From Utricularia gibba (Eukaryota > Plantae > Magnoliophyta), in the NCBI GenBank assembly GCA_002189035.1, contig NEEC01000012.1:2294001-2358000 (forward strand): DNA of 64,000 nt, read 5' to 3'. The position numbers and the translations under genes are program-made. Below are positions 46,601-59,418 of this stretch, one piece after another (positions within the stretch are counted from its first letter, which is position 1; each line of letters opens with the position of its first letter). The notes below the pieces were generated by a model, which was given only the letters and a program-made list of their open reading frames with translations, searched no databases and was not told where the DNA came from.

Positions 46601-49540
46601 CAGCTGCACTTGAAAGCGTTGGGGAAACAGAGATCAGCAAAGGCCTGGTCCTTGTAGTATAAATACTGATTGAATGTGTAAACACAGGCAGCTTTGGAGA
46701 TTTCCCAATACCTCGTTTCTGCCGAGAATTGTCTCAAGATCATGTTACTAATATTGAAATTAAGTATTCCATGTGTCGGTCATGTATACTTGAATTTCAA
46801 ATACATAAAAACATAGATTACATTCAAAAATAAATATTATATACATTAGGTGCATTTGAATTCTACATCCCTCAATGTGCCTCCTCTTCCCATTCCTTGA
46901 CCAAACCGAAGAGCATAAGGACCAGACAAGGCATCCCGCTTTGGAGTCCATAAGCTGGGCATGGCCTGTACAAGTGATCTCAGAGCTTCCAATGTCCAAA
47001 GGAGAGAAAGTAGCCTGTTTTCTTGTATGTTCTAGTTGTTAAAATATACAATACCATATCAAAAAATGAAAATGAAATAATTAAATGTATAATAAATTAC
47101 AAATCACAAATAATCGGTTGTACTTAATCTTTTTTAATATGATTCATATTTTTTATATATTTGGATTTTATGTGTGCCCTCGCCTAACCTAAAGTATACT
47201 AAGTTTCAACATTGGTTCCAAGTGAGGGGAGGAGTTGGAAATTGGAACATGCGTGTCTGGGTTTCGACACCTACTTCACTGAATACCTACCAACCAAACC
47301 GTTACATGAAAAGCGGTTGTCATAAGAGGACAAGAGCCGCGTTCTTACTCGTGACTGCTTTGATTTTGCCCGGCCCACAGAGACCTCAACCCACCTGCCT
47401 CACCTTCGCTTTGTGCCCTTCGCATTATCATGCGCCCACACCTCATTTTTTTAAATTATTAAAAAAACCATAAATCGTTTGCCCTAATAATTCCTGACTT
47501 GGATGCTTCAATCATGATTAAATTTTTAATATTTTTCATAAAAAAATTAATTAGTGATTGAATCGTGATCAAATCATCATTGAATATTATGGTTAATTTT
47601 TTTCGATTTTAAAATGATTCGAATTCAACCCAATTTTCATAATATAGATTTCATAGTTTAAAATGATTCATCGTAATTTAATTACAATTTTTTAAACATT
47701 GACAACACCCTCTTACTTTTTAATATGCAATTTTATTTGTTAAATAAATTAATAAATGAAAAATGTGGTAGATTATGTAAGAAAAAACTTTAAATTATGA
47801 CATTATTAAATATTGCAAGAAATAGATACCATAAATTGCCATTTTCAAAACAAAAATGGTATGTTTTGCCATTTACCCCCAGAATTTCAAGCAACCTTCT
47901 CCATGGAAATCTAAAACTGATTTAGTACAATTTTTTTTTCAGACAAACTTTAATCACAGTTGGCTGTATACACTAAAGAGGCATACTTTTATTTATCTCA
48001 AATGGACAACCAGATGTTCAAATTATTACTGAAATAATTCTCCTTGACAACTCAAAAGTCAAGCTGTCTTCAAGAATCATAACAAATATTTCAAGTTGAT
48101 AATATTAAAATCAACGCTCAATAAATGAAGGCATTAGAATAATGACCATTGGATCCACAAACAATCAACCTAAGTAGAAAATTTTACACCATGGCAATGA
48201 TTCTTTTAAAGTTTTATATTGTGTGTTGTATTTTTTTTTTCAGTTTTTAAAAGCACTACATAAACAATTTAAAATAAAATTTCTTACTTTAAATAAATTA
48301 CTTTCAAAACTATCCTAATCATTATTCTTGGACAAGCTGAGTTGTAGTGGATGGAGTTGGGATGGGATTCATTAATTTCTTTTTTATAATTTATACAATA
48401 AAATTAATATAAAATATTAAAATGTTTTAAAATTACTAAAATTTACAATTTTTCAAAAGTAAATAATATTAAAAATATTCGAAATGCTATGCCTCACAAT
48501 AATTGGGATCTTCATTATAATTAATAATTGAGTGTGTGAGTTATTTTTGATAAGATGTTTTATCTATTTTTTATTCAAATAGTTATTTAAACTTTTAATA
48601 ATTCATGTACTCTCAAACCTATAAATCAATAAAAGATTTTTCTAAAAATCAAATTAGTGTAAGATATGCAAAATTAATAAAAACTAATAAAGCATAAAAT
48701 GAATATAAACAACTATAAGAAGATAATGAAAAAACATGTTTTAAAACAATACAACATCAATTATTACAATACATCACAACAAATGAGATGTTCATTGATA
48801 ATTAAAATGTAGTTGAAGAGGGATGGGTATTAGTTATTGAATCCATTCTTAGCTTTAATTATTGATTTATATTGAATTTCATTTAAAATGAATTGAACTA
48901 AGTTCACTAATTCTTAATTAAAATAAAAATTATAATTTAAATACGTCGAACTTATTTTTCAATTTATTCATAAGTTCAGATTCAATTGGATGTACTTTAT
49001 TTTATAATTTTGAAACATTGGTAATTAGTGGAATTTGAAACTTGAAATTTAACAACATGTAGGATGGTCCTTTTTTGTAGGGGTATAGAAGAAGATGATC
49101 GAAGGTAGTTATGATATTTTGAATTGTGTCCGCTGGGAGATAATGATAATAGGGATAGGAGCTATGTGCAATTATTAGGAACTCGTGGATTGAGTTGTAA
49201 ATATTGAGTTGTATTTATCAAGATATATTATTTATTTTTGAAAAATTCCATATTTAAATAAGATTTGGAGTTTGGTGTTCGGTTTGTGTCCTGTCTTCGT
49301 TCTCCGGGGGGAACAGAGGGAAGAAACCCAAGTGTTTCCTCTTTATTGCGCTGTACTTGCCTTGGAGTTGAACCTGTTTTTGGGCCAATGTTCTTCTGCT
49401 CTCGGAGTGAATGAGAATCACCTACCGCCGCGACTGGTTCTGGGTTCATGGGGTGGTGATGCCTCGGTTCAATTTCACGTGTTTGCTCGTTACGTTCCTC
49501 TGCGCTTGAGTCGCAACTCCTGTTTTAGTGTTCTGGGGCA

Positions 49541-51611
49541 ATGCGGATGGGGGGATACATTCGGAGTTCTAGTTTCAAGCGCCTTTTTTCATTGCGACGA
49601 CAGAGTTTCGACGAGGACGTTGTGCCGGAGAAATTAGCCCCACAGCCCAGAAAACCCACTTGGAGGTGCTTTTCCTACGACGAAGTATTCAACGCTACTC
49701 AAGGGTTTTCTACCGGTGGGTCTGAATTTTTCAGTTTCTGGTTCCATCTACATTCATGAATGTGTAACGGGATTTGGGAATGCTTTGCTTTTTGCTTAAA
49801 CCGTGATTTATGTTTTCCTATTTCAGGAAATTTGGTTGGGAGAGGGGGATTTGCGGAGGTCTACAGAGGCGTGCTCGGAGATGGGCAAACAATTGCGGTG
49901 AAAAGAATGACAAAAGGCGCGAATGAGAAGGATTTCTTGACTGAAATAGGAACCTTGGGGCATGTTTCTCACCTAAACGTCACGGCTTTGCTTGGGTGCT
50001 GTGTTGATAACGGCCTTTATCTCATTTTCAGCTTCTCCTCAATGGGTTCTGTTGCTTCCCTTCTCCATGGTAAGTTAAGTTTGAAGGAATGAATAAAATG
50101 TGTTCAATGCTCTACTCTTATGCTTCTTGTTCTCTGTAGATGACAAATTAGCTCCCATGGACTGGAAAACTAGATACAAAATTGCTGTTGGAACTGCTAG
50201 AGGCTTACATTACTTGCACAATATTTGCCCCAGAAGAATCATTCACAGAGACGTCAAGTCCTCCAACATCTTGTTGGCTGAGGATTTTGAACCCCAGGTG
50301 CGGTTGCAGCTGCAGCTGCAGTCGAACTCCCTTTCTGCTTCAGTTTTGGGAATGACAAGCTGACAGGCAATTCACTGTTTCTCTCCTTGCTTCAGATATC
50401 GGACTTCGGTCTGGCAAAATGGCTGCCTTCACAATGGACTCATCATTCCATTGCTCCCATAGAAGGGACTTTTGGGTATGTGAATAATTACATGCCTGCT
50501 CCGTTGCTTGCTTCAGTGGACATTCTTTAGTGTCGTCATCTTCTTCCTTTAGGTTTACGTTGAGAAAAAAGAAAACAAATGATTGTATATCACAATGCTA
50601 GTAACCCGCTCATTGAGAAAATGTTATGTTGGTATAGGCACATTGCACCAGAGTACTTGCGACAAGGATTTGTGGATGACAAGACTGATGTATTCGCATT
50701 TGGCGTGTTCTTACTGGAGCTCCTTTCTGGCAAGGAGCCAGTAGATAGTTGTCATCAGAGTCTGCGTAGCTGGGTGGGTGTACAGAACATAACAAAACAA
50801 AACAAAACAATTCAGCACCTTGTTTGACTCCGTTGCTTGTTTCCCCTGCAGGCTAGCCCCATTCTTAAACGTGGAGACGTAAAGCAGGTGGTTGATCCAA
50901 GGTTAGGACCCCATTACGATGTGGGTCAGCTCACAAAACTCGCCTTCGCCGCCTCCCTCTGCATCCGAGCTTCCCCCGTCTGCCGGCCGGCGATAAGCGA
51001 GGTCAGTCTCTACACCATCAACGTTAATGCACATCAGGAAATCAGTTCACTTTCAGGAATTTGAATCCGTATCTGTGATGGTGAAAGCCGTATGCGTTGT
51101 GCCAGTCATCACTAATGCAATAGTAGCATTATTGTAGTTTATTGCAACAGTAGCAGATGGGGACTAGTTCCGATAGGGACCAAGTGGGAGTGGCGTGCCA
51201 CGGATACTGCTTACCGTCACCATGCTGTTTATTTAATAGCAATACTCTGTAGCTTGTAGATAGACATTAGTCAGCATGTGAAGCTCCAGCGCAGGAAGGG
51301 TCCCCGGCCCTCCCCTGCTTACCTTTTTCAGTAGAACAGTTGCAAACACCCCAGCTGTTCAGCAATGGCGCCCAAACCCCATTTATTAAGACCAGACAGA
51401 CCAGAGCTGGTGTGTGTTGGTGACTGAAGGGATTTGCTGTTGTTGGTAGGTGCTGGAGATGATAGAGACGGAGGAGGAGATCGCGGTGGACGAGGAGAGA
51501 TGGAGAGGCCAAGTAGAAGAAGAAGAAGAGGAAGCAGATGACTGGGTCTGGGGATTGGAGCTTGAGGAAGACGACGACACCTGCTCCACAATCTCCAATG
51601 GATCCAATTAG
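49541..51611 (+). CDS. Receptor-like cytoplasmic kinase, RLCK-VI (RBK-related)
   Basis: Exons 49541-49715, 49827-50069, 50140-50297, 50396-50475, 50638-50773, 50852-51001, 51450-51611. [59 protein letters not shown], and an acidic C-tail. Confidence 0.92.
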
Positions 51612-51817
51612 CGCCAATTGCAAAAATCGACTGTTGTGTATGTCTGAATGCAAAAAGGGGAAGTTCTACACGGAAAATTGATCATCTCTTTTTTTTACAC
51701 AAAGTAAAAAAAATAATATAAAAAAATGATTTTTTTTTTTAGTATTTTTGGAATGTCGTTGCGGTTCGGTAGGGCAACTAACTCTCTGTGGGTGGACGAC
51801 CGGATAAGATGGCAGTG

Positions 51818-51841
51818 GACAACGGACAGTTGTCCGTTGTC
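51818..51841. repeat. 24-bp palindrome (11-bp perfect arms, 2-nt spacer)
   Basis: GACAACGGACA-GT-TGTCCGTTGTC. Confidence 0.85.
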
Positions 51842-53103
51842 TTCTTTTTTTATTTTTTATTTATAATCTGTTTCATTCTATTTTTTTAATAAGTATTTCT
51901 AATAAAATAGAAGTTTGTCATAAAATCATGGTTTTAAATTCCACGGAATCCCTGGTTTTACCGGTCATGTCGTGAAAAAAATATTTTGTCCGAAATTTAG
52001 ATTTAATTCGAATTACGGGACATATTGTATATAAATTGAATTTATTAGTCTTTTTTAAAACCATCTTGTTTCAAATTTTAATGTTTTTGATACTAATTAT
52101 TATGTATAATGTTAGTATAAGATCTAAATGGAATGAAAACAGATATTTATAGGTAAAAGTGGTGGTCGAAAATCTCTAGAAAATTCGACTAAAATCCAGA
52201 CTTCATAATATTGCATAATTTCAATGCTTTGCATAAGATAATAACGATAATTAATTTTATATCATTTCAAAACTTATATTTTCATTATTTTTATGATTAT
52301 TTTTATCTATCATATACTTTTAAAGCTTCTATGTATTTACAGAAGTATCATTGACTAATATCATAGGTAGTTTAATTTTACCCCCTCCAAGTGATTTGTT
52401 TGAATTAGTTTTATACTTTTTATTATTAAACCTTGGATCTCCCAACTTTCATTTTTGATTAATGAAAACATCTTTGGCAAATGATTTCCTAGTTGTTCAA
52501 CTTTCATAATTTCAAGAATTTCACTTCTAACTATGAAATACGAATGCACCCAATTGTTCCTATTGATTTTTACTCAAATTCCGAAGGCCAACGTAATAGG
52601 ATTGAAATATTATGATCTTATCACATATGAATATATGGAGAGGGTAGGCTTGATTTGAAAAAAAAAAACATATAATAATTAACCATGAATTATTTCTATC
52701 TGAACACAGCTAAACATACCCTTTATTATTGTAGTTGCACCTACCCGTGTCGTTCATAACGCGCCTTGTTTTTTTGCTCTTCCGGTGGCGCCACTGCCAG
52801 CAGGTGGACGGACACTCGGTTCATTCATGGGACACGTTGGTTGGGACACGGTTGGAGTAGCAGCCCTAACCTAGAAAACAGTTGTGGATGATAAATGCTG
52901 ATGTCATCGCCACCTCATTTCACACCTTTTTTTTTCTGGTAAATGACAGCTGGCAAATGTGTGACTGCTGACGTGTACCCGAATTTTTAAATAATGTGTG
53001 CCAATTGGAGGGACGCATCTCTGACCAGGCGCAATCCGTGTGAAGGCCCCAATCAATATACGCCCGATCGGAGTTGAATCCCTAGGAACTCGCAGGAGGA
53101 AGA

Positions 53104-54608
53104 ATGGCGACGGGGAAGCACACGCACCCTGTTGCTGAAGCAAACGAGAGTAGCCCGTTTGGGGCCCTCACTGCCGATGAGTTCTACGCCCGGCACTCGG
53201 TTACCCACTCCTCCGACTACATCACCAGCCACGCCCTGAAACTCAAGCTTTTCACTCAATGGTGGGTTCCGCAAGAGGGATCCGTGCCGCTCAAAGGCGT
53301 TGTCTGTGTCGTCCATGGATACACCGGCGAGTCCAGCTGGTTTGTGCAACTAACCGCCGTTCACATCGCCAAACATGGATTCGCGGTCTGCGCTATCGAC
53401 CACATGGGCCATGGTTTCTCTGAGGGATTGATCTATCATATCCCGGATATCAATGTGGTGGTGGATGACTGCATTCTGTTCTTCAATGGGTTCCTGGCTA
53501 AATATCCGTCTCAATTGCCGGTATTTCTGTATGGGGAGTCCCTGGGAGGGGCGATTACCCTGCTGATAACTCTTCGTCGTGAAGGCATTGTACCTGATAG
53601 GAAGTTCGACGGTATCGTTTTGAACGGTGCCATGTGCGGTGTTAGTGATAAGTATAAGCCTCCATGGCCCTTGGAACATCTGCTGTCGGTTGCAGCCTTC
53701 TTGGTTCCAACTTGGTGTGTGGTTCCTACCCGGGGTTCTTTGCCTGACGTTTCTTTCAAGGTTCCCGCTTTTCCCTTGCTATTGACTGCACTTTTATGTT
53801 TTGAATTTTTTTATCTTGTGCGACAATTTTGGCGTTGCTTCTTCCCACTTCGATGGGGCAATCAGTGAATTGAGCCAATTGTTTACAAGCTTGATGATTC
53901 ACCTTAGTTTCTCATCATTGTATTCCCTTGCACTATACTGGCATAAGCGCTCTTGTCACGAAAGGCAGACCTCTGTTCCAAAGTTGGGAAGATTTAATTG
54001 GTATAGATATACTGGTAATGGATCAAAAAGTTTTCGAAATCTTTAAGGCCAAGCCTATCACAGTTTTCGTTATTCTCCCAGATGCTGTATGCTATCTCTG
54101 TCATGTTCCACCCTCACATTCTTGCATTTGTGACTTCCATTTTTGTGACATTTTTGGTATTTGGCCTTCACTTGTCTTTTGGTTATGTTTATCTTCAATT
54201 TGCTATATCTTATCCCTTTTCACCTTTTCACTTTGTTTCAATTTGCTATTGGTTCTTTACTTGAAGGTTGAGTGGAAGCGTAAGTTGGCACTCGCCAGCC
54301 CCAAGAGACGAGTGCAGAGGCCCCGTGCTGCGACAGCACAGGAGCTGCTGCGGGTGTCCAACGAATTGCAGGGGAAGTTTGATCAAGTAGACGTCCCTTT
54401 TCTAATCATCCACGGTGGTGGCGACATTGTTTGCGACCCAGCATGTGTGGAGGAGCTCTACAAACGTGCTGCTAGCACTGACAAGACCCTCAAAATCTTT
54501 CCAGGATTATGGCACCAGCTGGTGGGAGAATCAGACGAGGATGTTGACCTCGTGTTTGGACAGGTTGTTGAGTGGCTTCTAACCAGGTCTGAGCGTGCTG
54601 CCACCTAG
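53104..54608 (+). CDS. Alpha/beta hydrolase, monoacylglycerol lipase / caffeoyl-shikimate-esterase-like family
   Basis: Exons 53104-53760, 54267-54608. HGYTGE oxyanion motif, IDHMGHGFSEG, nucleophile GESLG, HGGGDIVCD, WHQLVGE. N-terminus EANESSPFG resembles the non-CSE MAGL paralogs more than CSE itself. Confidence 0.93.
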
Positions 54609-55296
54609 TGAACCATATCCCACTGTATTATTCAAATGATCACATTCATTCGCCCATGTACCCAAACTATTACTGTGGAAAAATAAGCAAGTATGCTGTG
54701 ATCAGTGAAGCCCAGAACTTGCCCTTCTGAACCTCTGTGCCCATTGAGCTGGAGATTAAGATCTGGTGCAGAGTTAGAATGCGGATGATGTCTGTAGATG
54801 CGAGGCAATAGCACTTGACAAGAATGCACATTTTAGAAGGGACATGCACCGAAATCGAGAACACCTGAAACTAGACATACAAGAAATGAAGAATGAGAAT
54901 GATTGTCCCTGTAAGATGTACAGACGTGGAGGCAACACAGCATTTTCAGTTCCCATTGCAACACACATCCAGTCTTGGTTTGAGAATCGTCGTCTTCCGT
55001 TCGCCGGTTTAGGAAACTTCCGATGTCAGTCAACAACCACTGCTGGCTGCAAGAAAAAGCCAGACGTGTTTAGCTTTGGATCACCCAGTTGATTCTCGAT
55101 GGTTCCTCTCTCTTGTGTGTGTGTGTTTTTTTCTGATGGAAAAAAAAAAAAAGGGTTCCACGTGGCAAGTAGATTATCATCAATTTATCGACCCTGGAAA
55201 CGGACTTCACAACCAGAAAGAAATATCCTTTCATCGCCTGGGCAGAAATCCAGCTCAAACGCAGAGGGTGAAGAAGAGAGGAGAAGGAAACGAAAG

Positions 55297-56023
55297 ATGC
55301 CAGTTGCTTTATTTGAATCCAGCTACTTCTTCTCCGTTCCTGTGACTTCAACTTTCAAGCCCACGAGGAAGACGAAAGGTTCCAAACATGCTGCCCCCTT
55401 TTCTTGCAGGTGCAGCTCAGATGATGATGATAGTTCCTCCACGAGGTGCCTCAGTTATTGACAGCAAGAATCTAGTTTTTGAATGTTGGGGTGTTTGATT
55501 TATTGAACATTCGGTATTGAATTTGAAGGAAATTAGAGAAGGAGGTCGGGAAATTGGCTTTAGTCGCCGTAGCTGCTGGATTGCTAACATTGGGCTCTGT
55601 TGATCCTGCCTCCGCCGCTAAAACCGGCGGCAGAGTTGGCGGCCAGGCTTTTCGATCACCCGGTCCCCGTTCCTCCGGCCCCAGAATCAACAATTCCAGG
55701 TTCCTAGTAGCACTTCATACTTAACAGAATTTATTTCTGTCTGTAGCAGATGCCTGAGAGACTATTATCGTCTTCGTTTCTGCAGGACAAATATCTTCAT
55801 TAACCCCCCAATTGCCCCTCCTCTTGTTGGTGGATATGGGTATGGCTTTGGGCTGCCATATTACGGTTGGTCTCCTTTCTCATTCTTCGCTCCAGGTCCG
55901 AGCGTGGCCGTCGGCGTCGGAGGCGGATTTGATCTCTTTCTTGTGTTCATTCTTCTTGGAGCCGTCTCTGCTTTTGTGAGGAGGTTCTTTGGATCAAGAG
56001 TTCAGGATGACGATGATGAGTAG
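55297..56023 (+). CDS. Small plastid-targeted membrane protein with Gly/Tyr-rich region (AAKTGGRVGGQAFRS family)
   Basis: Exons 55297-55445, 55529-55699, 55786-56023. Ser-rich transit peptide, hydrophobic ALVAVAAGLLTLG, AKTGGRVGGQAFRS, GGYGYG, WSPFSFFAPGP, C-terminal TM segment and acidic tail. Missed as a whole by the ORF track. Confidence 0.85.
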
Positions 56024-57271
56024 TGGGGTTGTTGAACAAGTTCTTCTTGCTGTATGTAACACTGAGCCTCTGCGATTGAATCCCGTTTCCAATGCTTATT
56101 CAGTTCATAACCACAAGATGAAAGTACTACTTGCTCTATGCAACGCCATGTTTTCGTCTTGGAGCAAAAACAAAAAGACAAGTACCGAATAGCAGACGGG
56201 CTCTGCCTGTCGCCCAGAAAAGTGCAGAACACCATTTATTGAACGAGTTCTTCTCAGTGAAGCAGACACTCGTTGCCCCAATCTGGATCTTGAGCTTCAC
56301 CGCCACTGATTCCATGGTCTCTGCGTTTTGCTGAAATCATGTTCCAATCCTTAGCCGTTCAGCTCTCCTCCACCGTTTTTCATTGAACTGCTTCTGGTCA
56401 TCGGAGGCCACGCACAGTCCATCGGAAAGCCGGGTTAGAAGTGGGCACGGATACTATTCAACGCATCCGGTTAACATAAAAAAAAAATATATATCCAACT
56501 TATTGTTATATATATATATATAAAGACTCAACGTATGCGGATGGACGGATTGATATGATAAACATGTTATTGAGTCACGAGTTAATTTGAATCATTATAT
56601 GTATATATCCAACTTATTTTATAAAAAAATATTTTGATATTGCATTACATTTTAAACCCAATTTATATAATTAATCAAGTATACTCATATCTGTGTACTA
56701 TGATTCATTTCATATTTTTTTTACGATAATGGATGACATATTCAACCTGTGATTGTGTAAGGTAAGGGGTTTATTGACGGTTACGTATCCCATATTAGTT
56801 ACATACGAGGGTGGGGATGTAATTAAATAAAAGGACATTGCAAACAAACAATATCATACAAAGTAAATTTGAATCATGATAGATTAGTCAATCCAACGGA
56901 TATCCTAGTTGACTTGTATTTGTATAGATCTTTGTAATATCTCATTTACAATTTCTTCTTTTTTTTCATAATCCATGGTGTGTAAAATATATAATCAACA
57001 AGAAATTAAATTTACTTAATTATTAATAATTTATAATCTTATATACATTTGATAATATTATTTTAATTCTTTAATATAAAATTATTTCATTTATTTTCAT
57101 GCTCAATTTGAACTCATCTTTTTTTTTATTCAATTAAAAATTATGCTTTTATAATTGTATTTATTATTAAAATTATAGAATAATCTGATTTTTATCACCT
57201 AAATCTAATATATTTATTTAAATCGTATCTAATTCTTTTGACTAAATCGAATACATCTCTTTTTTTATTCT

Positions 57272-57305
57272 TTTAATTAAAATTCAAATCAACACGAAAT
57301 TTATT
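57272..57305 (-). repeat. Dispersed AT-rich repeat, partial copy C
   Basis: Reverse complement aatttcgtgttgatttgaattttaattaa matches copy A aatttcgtgttgattcaaatttcaattaa. Confidence 0.45.
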
Positions 57306-58126
57306 TCAATTACTCAAACTTTACTACACGACAAACACTCTGATACTATGTTGAAATTAAGGTTTCTCATGTGTATTTTTAAATTTACATCCCAACCACA
57401 ACCTTACGTCTTGTGAGTTCATCGTTGCAACTACCAGTACGGAAAGCCTAGTAGTTAATTTATTTTAGAGTGCAGTGCACTACGTGTCCTTAATTATAAA
57501 AATAGAAAGTTTTTGTCCAAAATAGGTTATGACCACATTGTGCCATTGAAGGAAAAAAAAAAGGGTATCACCAAATTGCATTTTTTATTCGGATAAAGAT
57601 GAGGATTGATTAAATGAAGCATTTAAAAGTAGAAAGGTTTGGTAAAGAGACCGACAGGTTAAAAATGCCCCTTCACAGAGACATCAGTAAAGCGGATTCT
57701 GTTGTCTCAAGTTTCAAACTTGGTCATCGGTAGGGAGTTGTATGTATGTATGTATGTCTTCCGGGAATTGGGTTTTTGTGTGCTGGCTGCCGGGTTGCAT
57801 GGAGGCTAAAATTTCTCCGGATGAAGTCTTTTTCTACCTGGGATTTCTCTGATTCTTGAGGCAAGTTTGATTTCCCACTCAGTTTTAGTTGACTTTGTTG
57901 AATCGGGTAATCTCTAGTGTGATTTTCGTTCATGCGCTCCTGCTTCTGATTATGGGACTGCCCTTCTCGTTTCTTGCTCTGTGATTCGATAAACTTGGGG
58001 TGCATGTGGACTTTTCAAGCGGCGGAATTTGTTGGGTGCAGTGAAATATTAGGACTTTCTTGTTTTTATTGGCGGACTTGCTAATTCCTGTTGCGTATCG
58101 GGAGTAATTGGATGGTTGCTCGGAGA

Positions 58127-59418
58127 ATGGGATCTCAGGAGGGTGGCACGAATCGTGACGGAGGGGCCCAAACTGAAACGCAAATTCTAAGTCAGAACCC
58201 GCACACTAGTCCACTGGCTCGGCAAGGATCCTTGTATAGCCTCACTCTTGATGAGGTACAGAATCAATTGAGTGATTTAGGGAAGCCGTTAAGTAGCATG
58301 AATCTTGATGAACTTCTCAAGTCTGTGTGGACGGCTGAGACAAATAATCAACTGATGGAAGGTGCGGTTTATGAGACTGCTACTCACCAACCAGCTCCTT
58401 CATCATCTCGCTTGTCTTTGAATCAAAATCCTGGTCTTACACTACCGGTGGAGCTAAGCAAGAAGACGGTGGACGAAGTGTGGCAGGACATTCAGGATGG
58501 GCAGAAAAGGAGTAGTCTTGATAGGAAAGCTACTCTGGGGGAAATAACCTTGGAGGACTTCTTGGTTAAAGCAGGGATTGTTGCTGAGCCTTCTGGAGGA
58601 AAGAAAAGTATGTGCGCCGGTGCTGAACCTGTGGGGTTGCCCCAACAAACTCAGTGGATGGGCTATCAGGTCTCTTCAGTGCATTCTCAGCCGCAGCTCC
58701 CTACTTTCATGCCCAGTCATCAGACCTTTGGTCTTGCTGCCTACCCTGAAACTCAAATATCCATGTCCTCTTCCTCTTTGATGGGTACCCTATCTGATAC
58801 TCAGATGCCGGGGAGGAAAAGGGATGCTCCTGATGGCATAGCTGAAAAGAGTGTTGAAAGGAGGCAGAAGAGGATGATCAAAAACCGCGAGTCGGCAGCA
58901 AGATCACGAGCTAGAAAGCAGGTGCTGTTTACTAGGCAATTACACTAGCTAGTTTAACTGTTTTTATCATCCCATGATAGTGAATGCAGTTTTGCATTTT
59001 TATTTTATATTTCTAGGCTCAAGCTTTTGTTTTCTGGGATCTTGTAGGCTTATACGCATGAGCTGGAGAGTAAAGTATCACGTCTGGAGGAAGAAAACGA
59101 AAAGCTTAGGAGACAGCAGGTTCTTTTTTCTTCTCCACACACAAATATTGATATGCTAATAATGTCTGCTTCCTGCCGAAATACTACTGCATCATTCTAA
59201 GATAGCTGCTATTCGGTTATCTACCTTCCTAAATAATGTAGTAGTTATGGGTACTATGCAACTGTGCATTTGACATAAACTGGGCCACATTTTTCTTTCT
59301 CATTACATCTTCTTCATCGCCGTGTCTGACCTTCCAGGAACTAGAGAAGTTACTGGTCAGCATACCAACACCAGAGCCAAGATATCAGCTGCGCAGGACA
59401 AGCTCGTCTCCATTGTGA
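58127..59418 (+). CDS. Group A bZIP transcription factor, ABI5-like (AREB3/DPBF3/EEL type)
   Basis: Exons 58127-58921, 59048-59119, 59338-59418. C1 LARQGSLYSLTLDEVQ, C2 SMNLDELLKSVW, C3 TLGEITLEDFL, basic region RRQKRMIKNRESAARSRARKQAY, and C-terminal RRTSSSPL (14-3-3-type site). Confidence 0.94.

Noticed and set aside
26898-54608. GGP + MATE + alpha/beta hydrolase as a biosynthetic gene cluster
   Set aside because: No scaffold enzyme (P450, TPS, PKS), the genes are interspersed with unrelated loci, and the order looks like ordinary conserved eudicot neighbourhood.
56137-56430. Short stop-free frames downstream of the plastid-protein gene
   Set aside because: No recognisable homology or gene structure.
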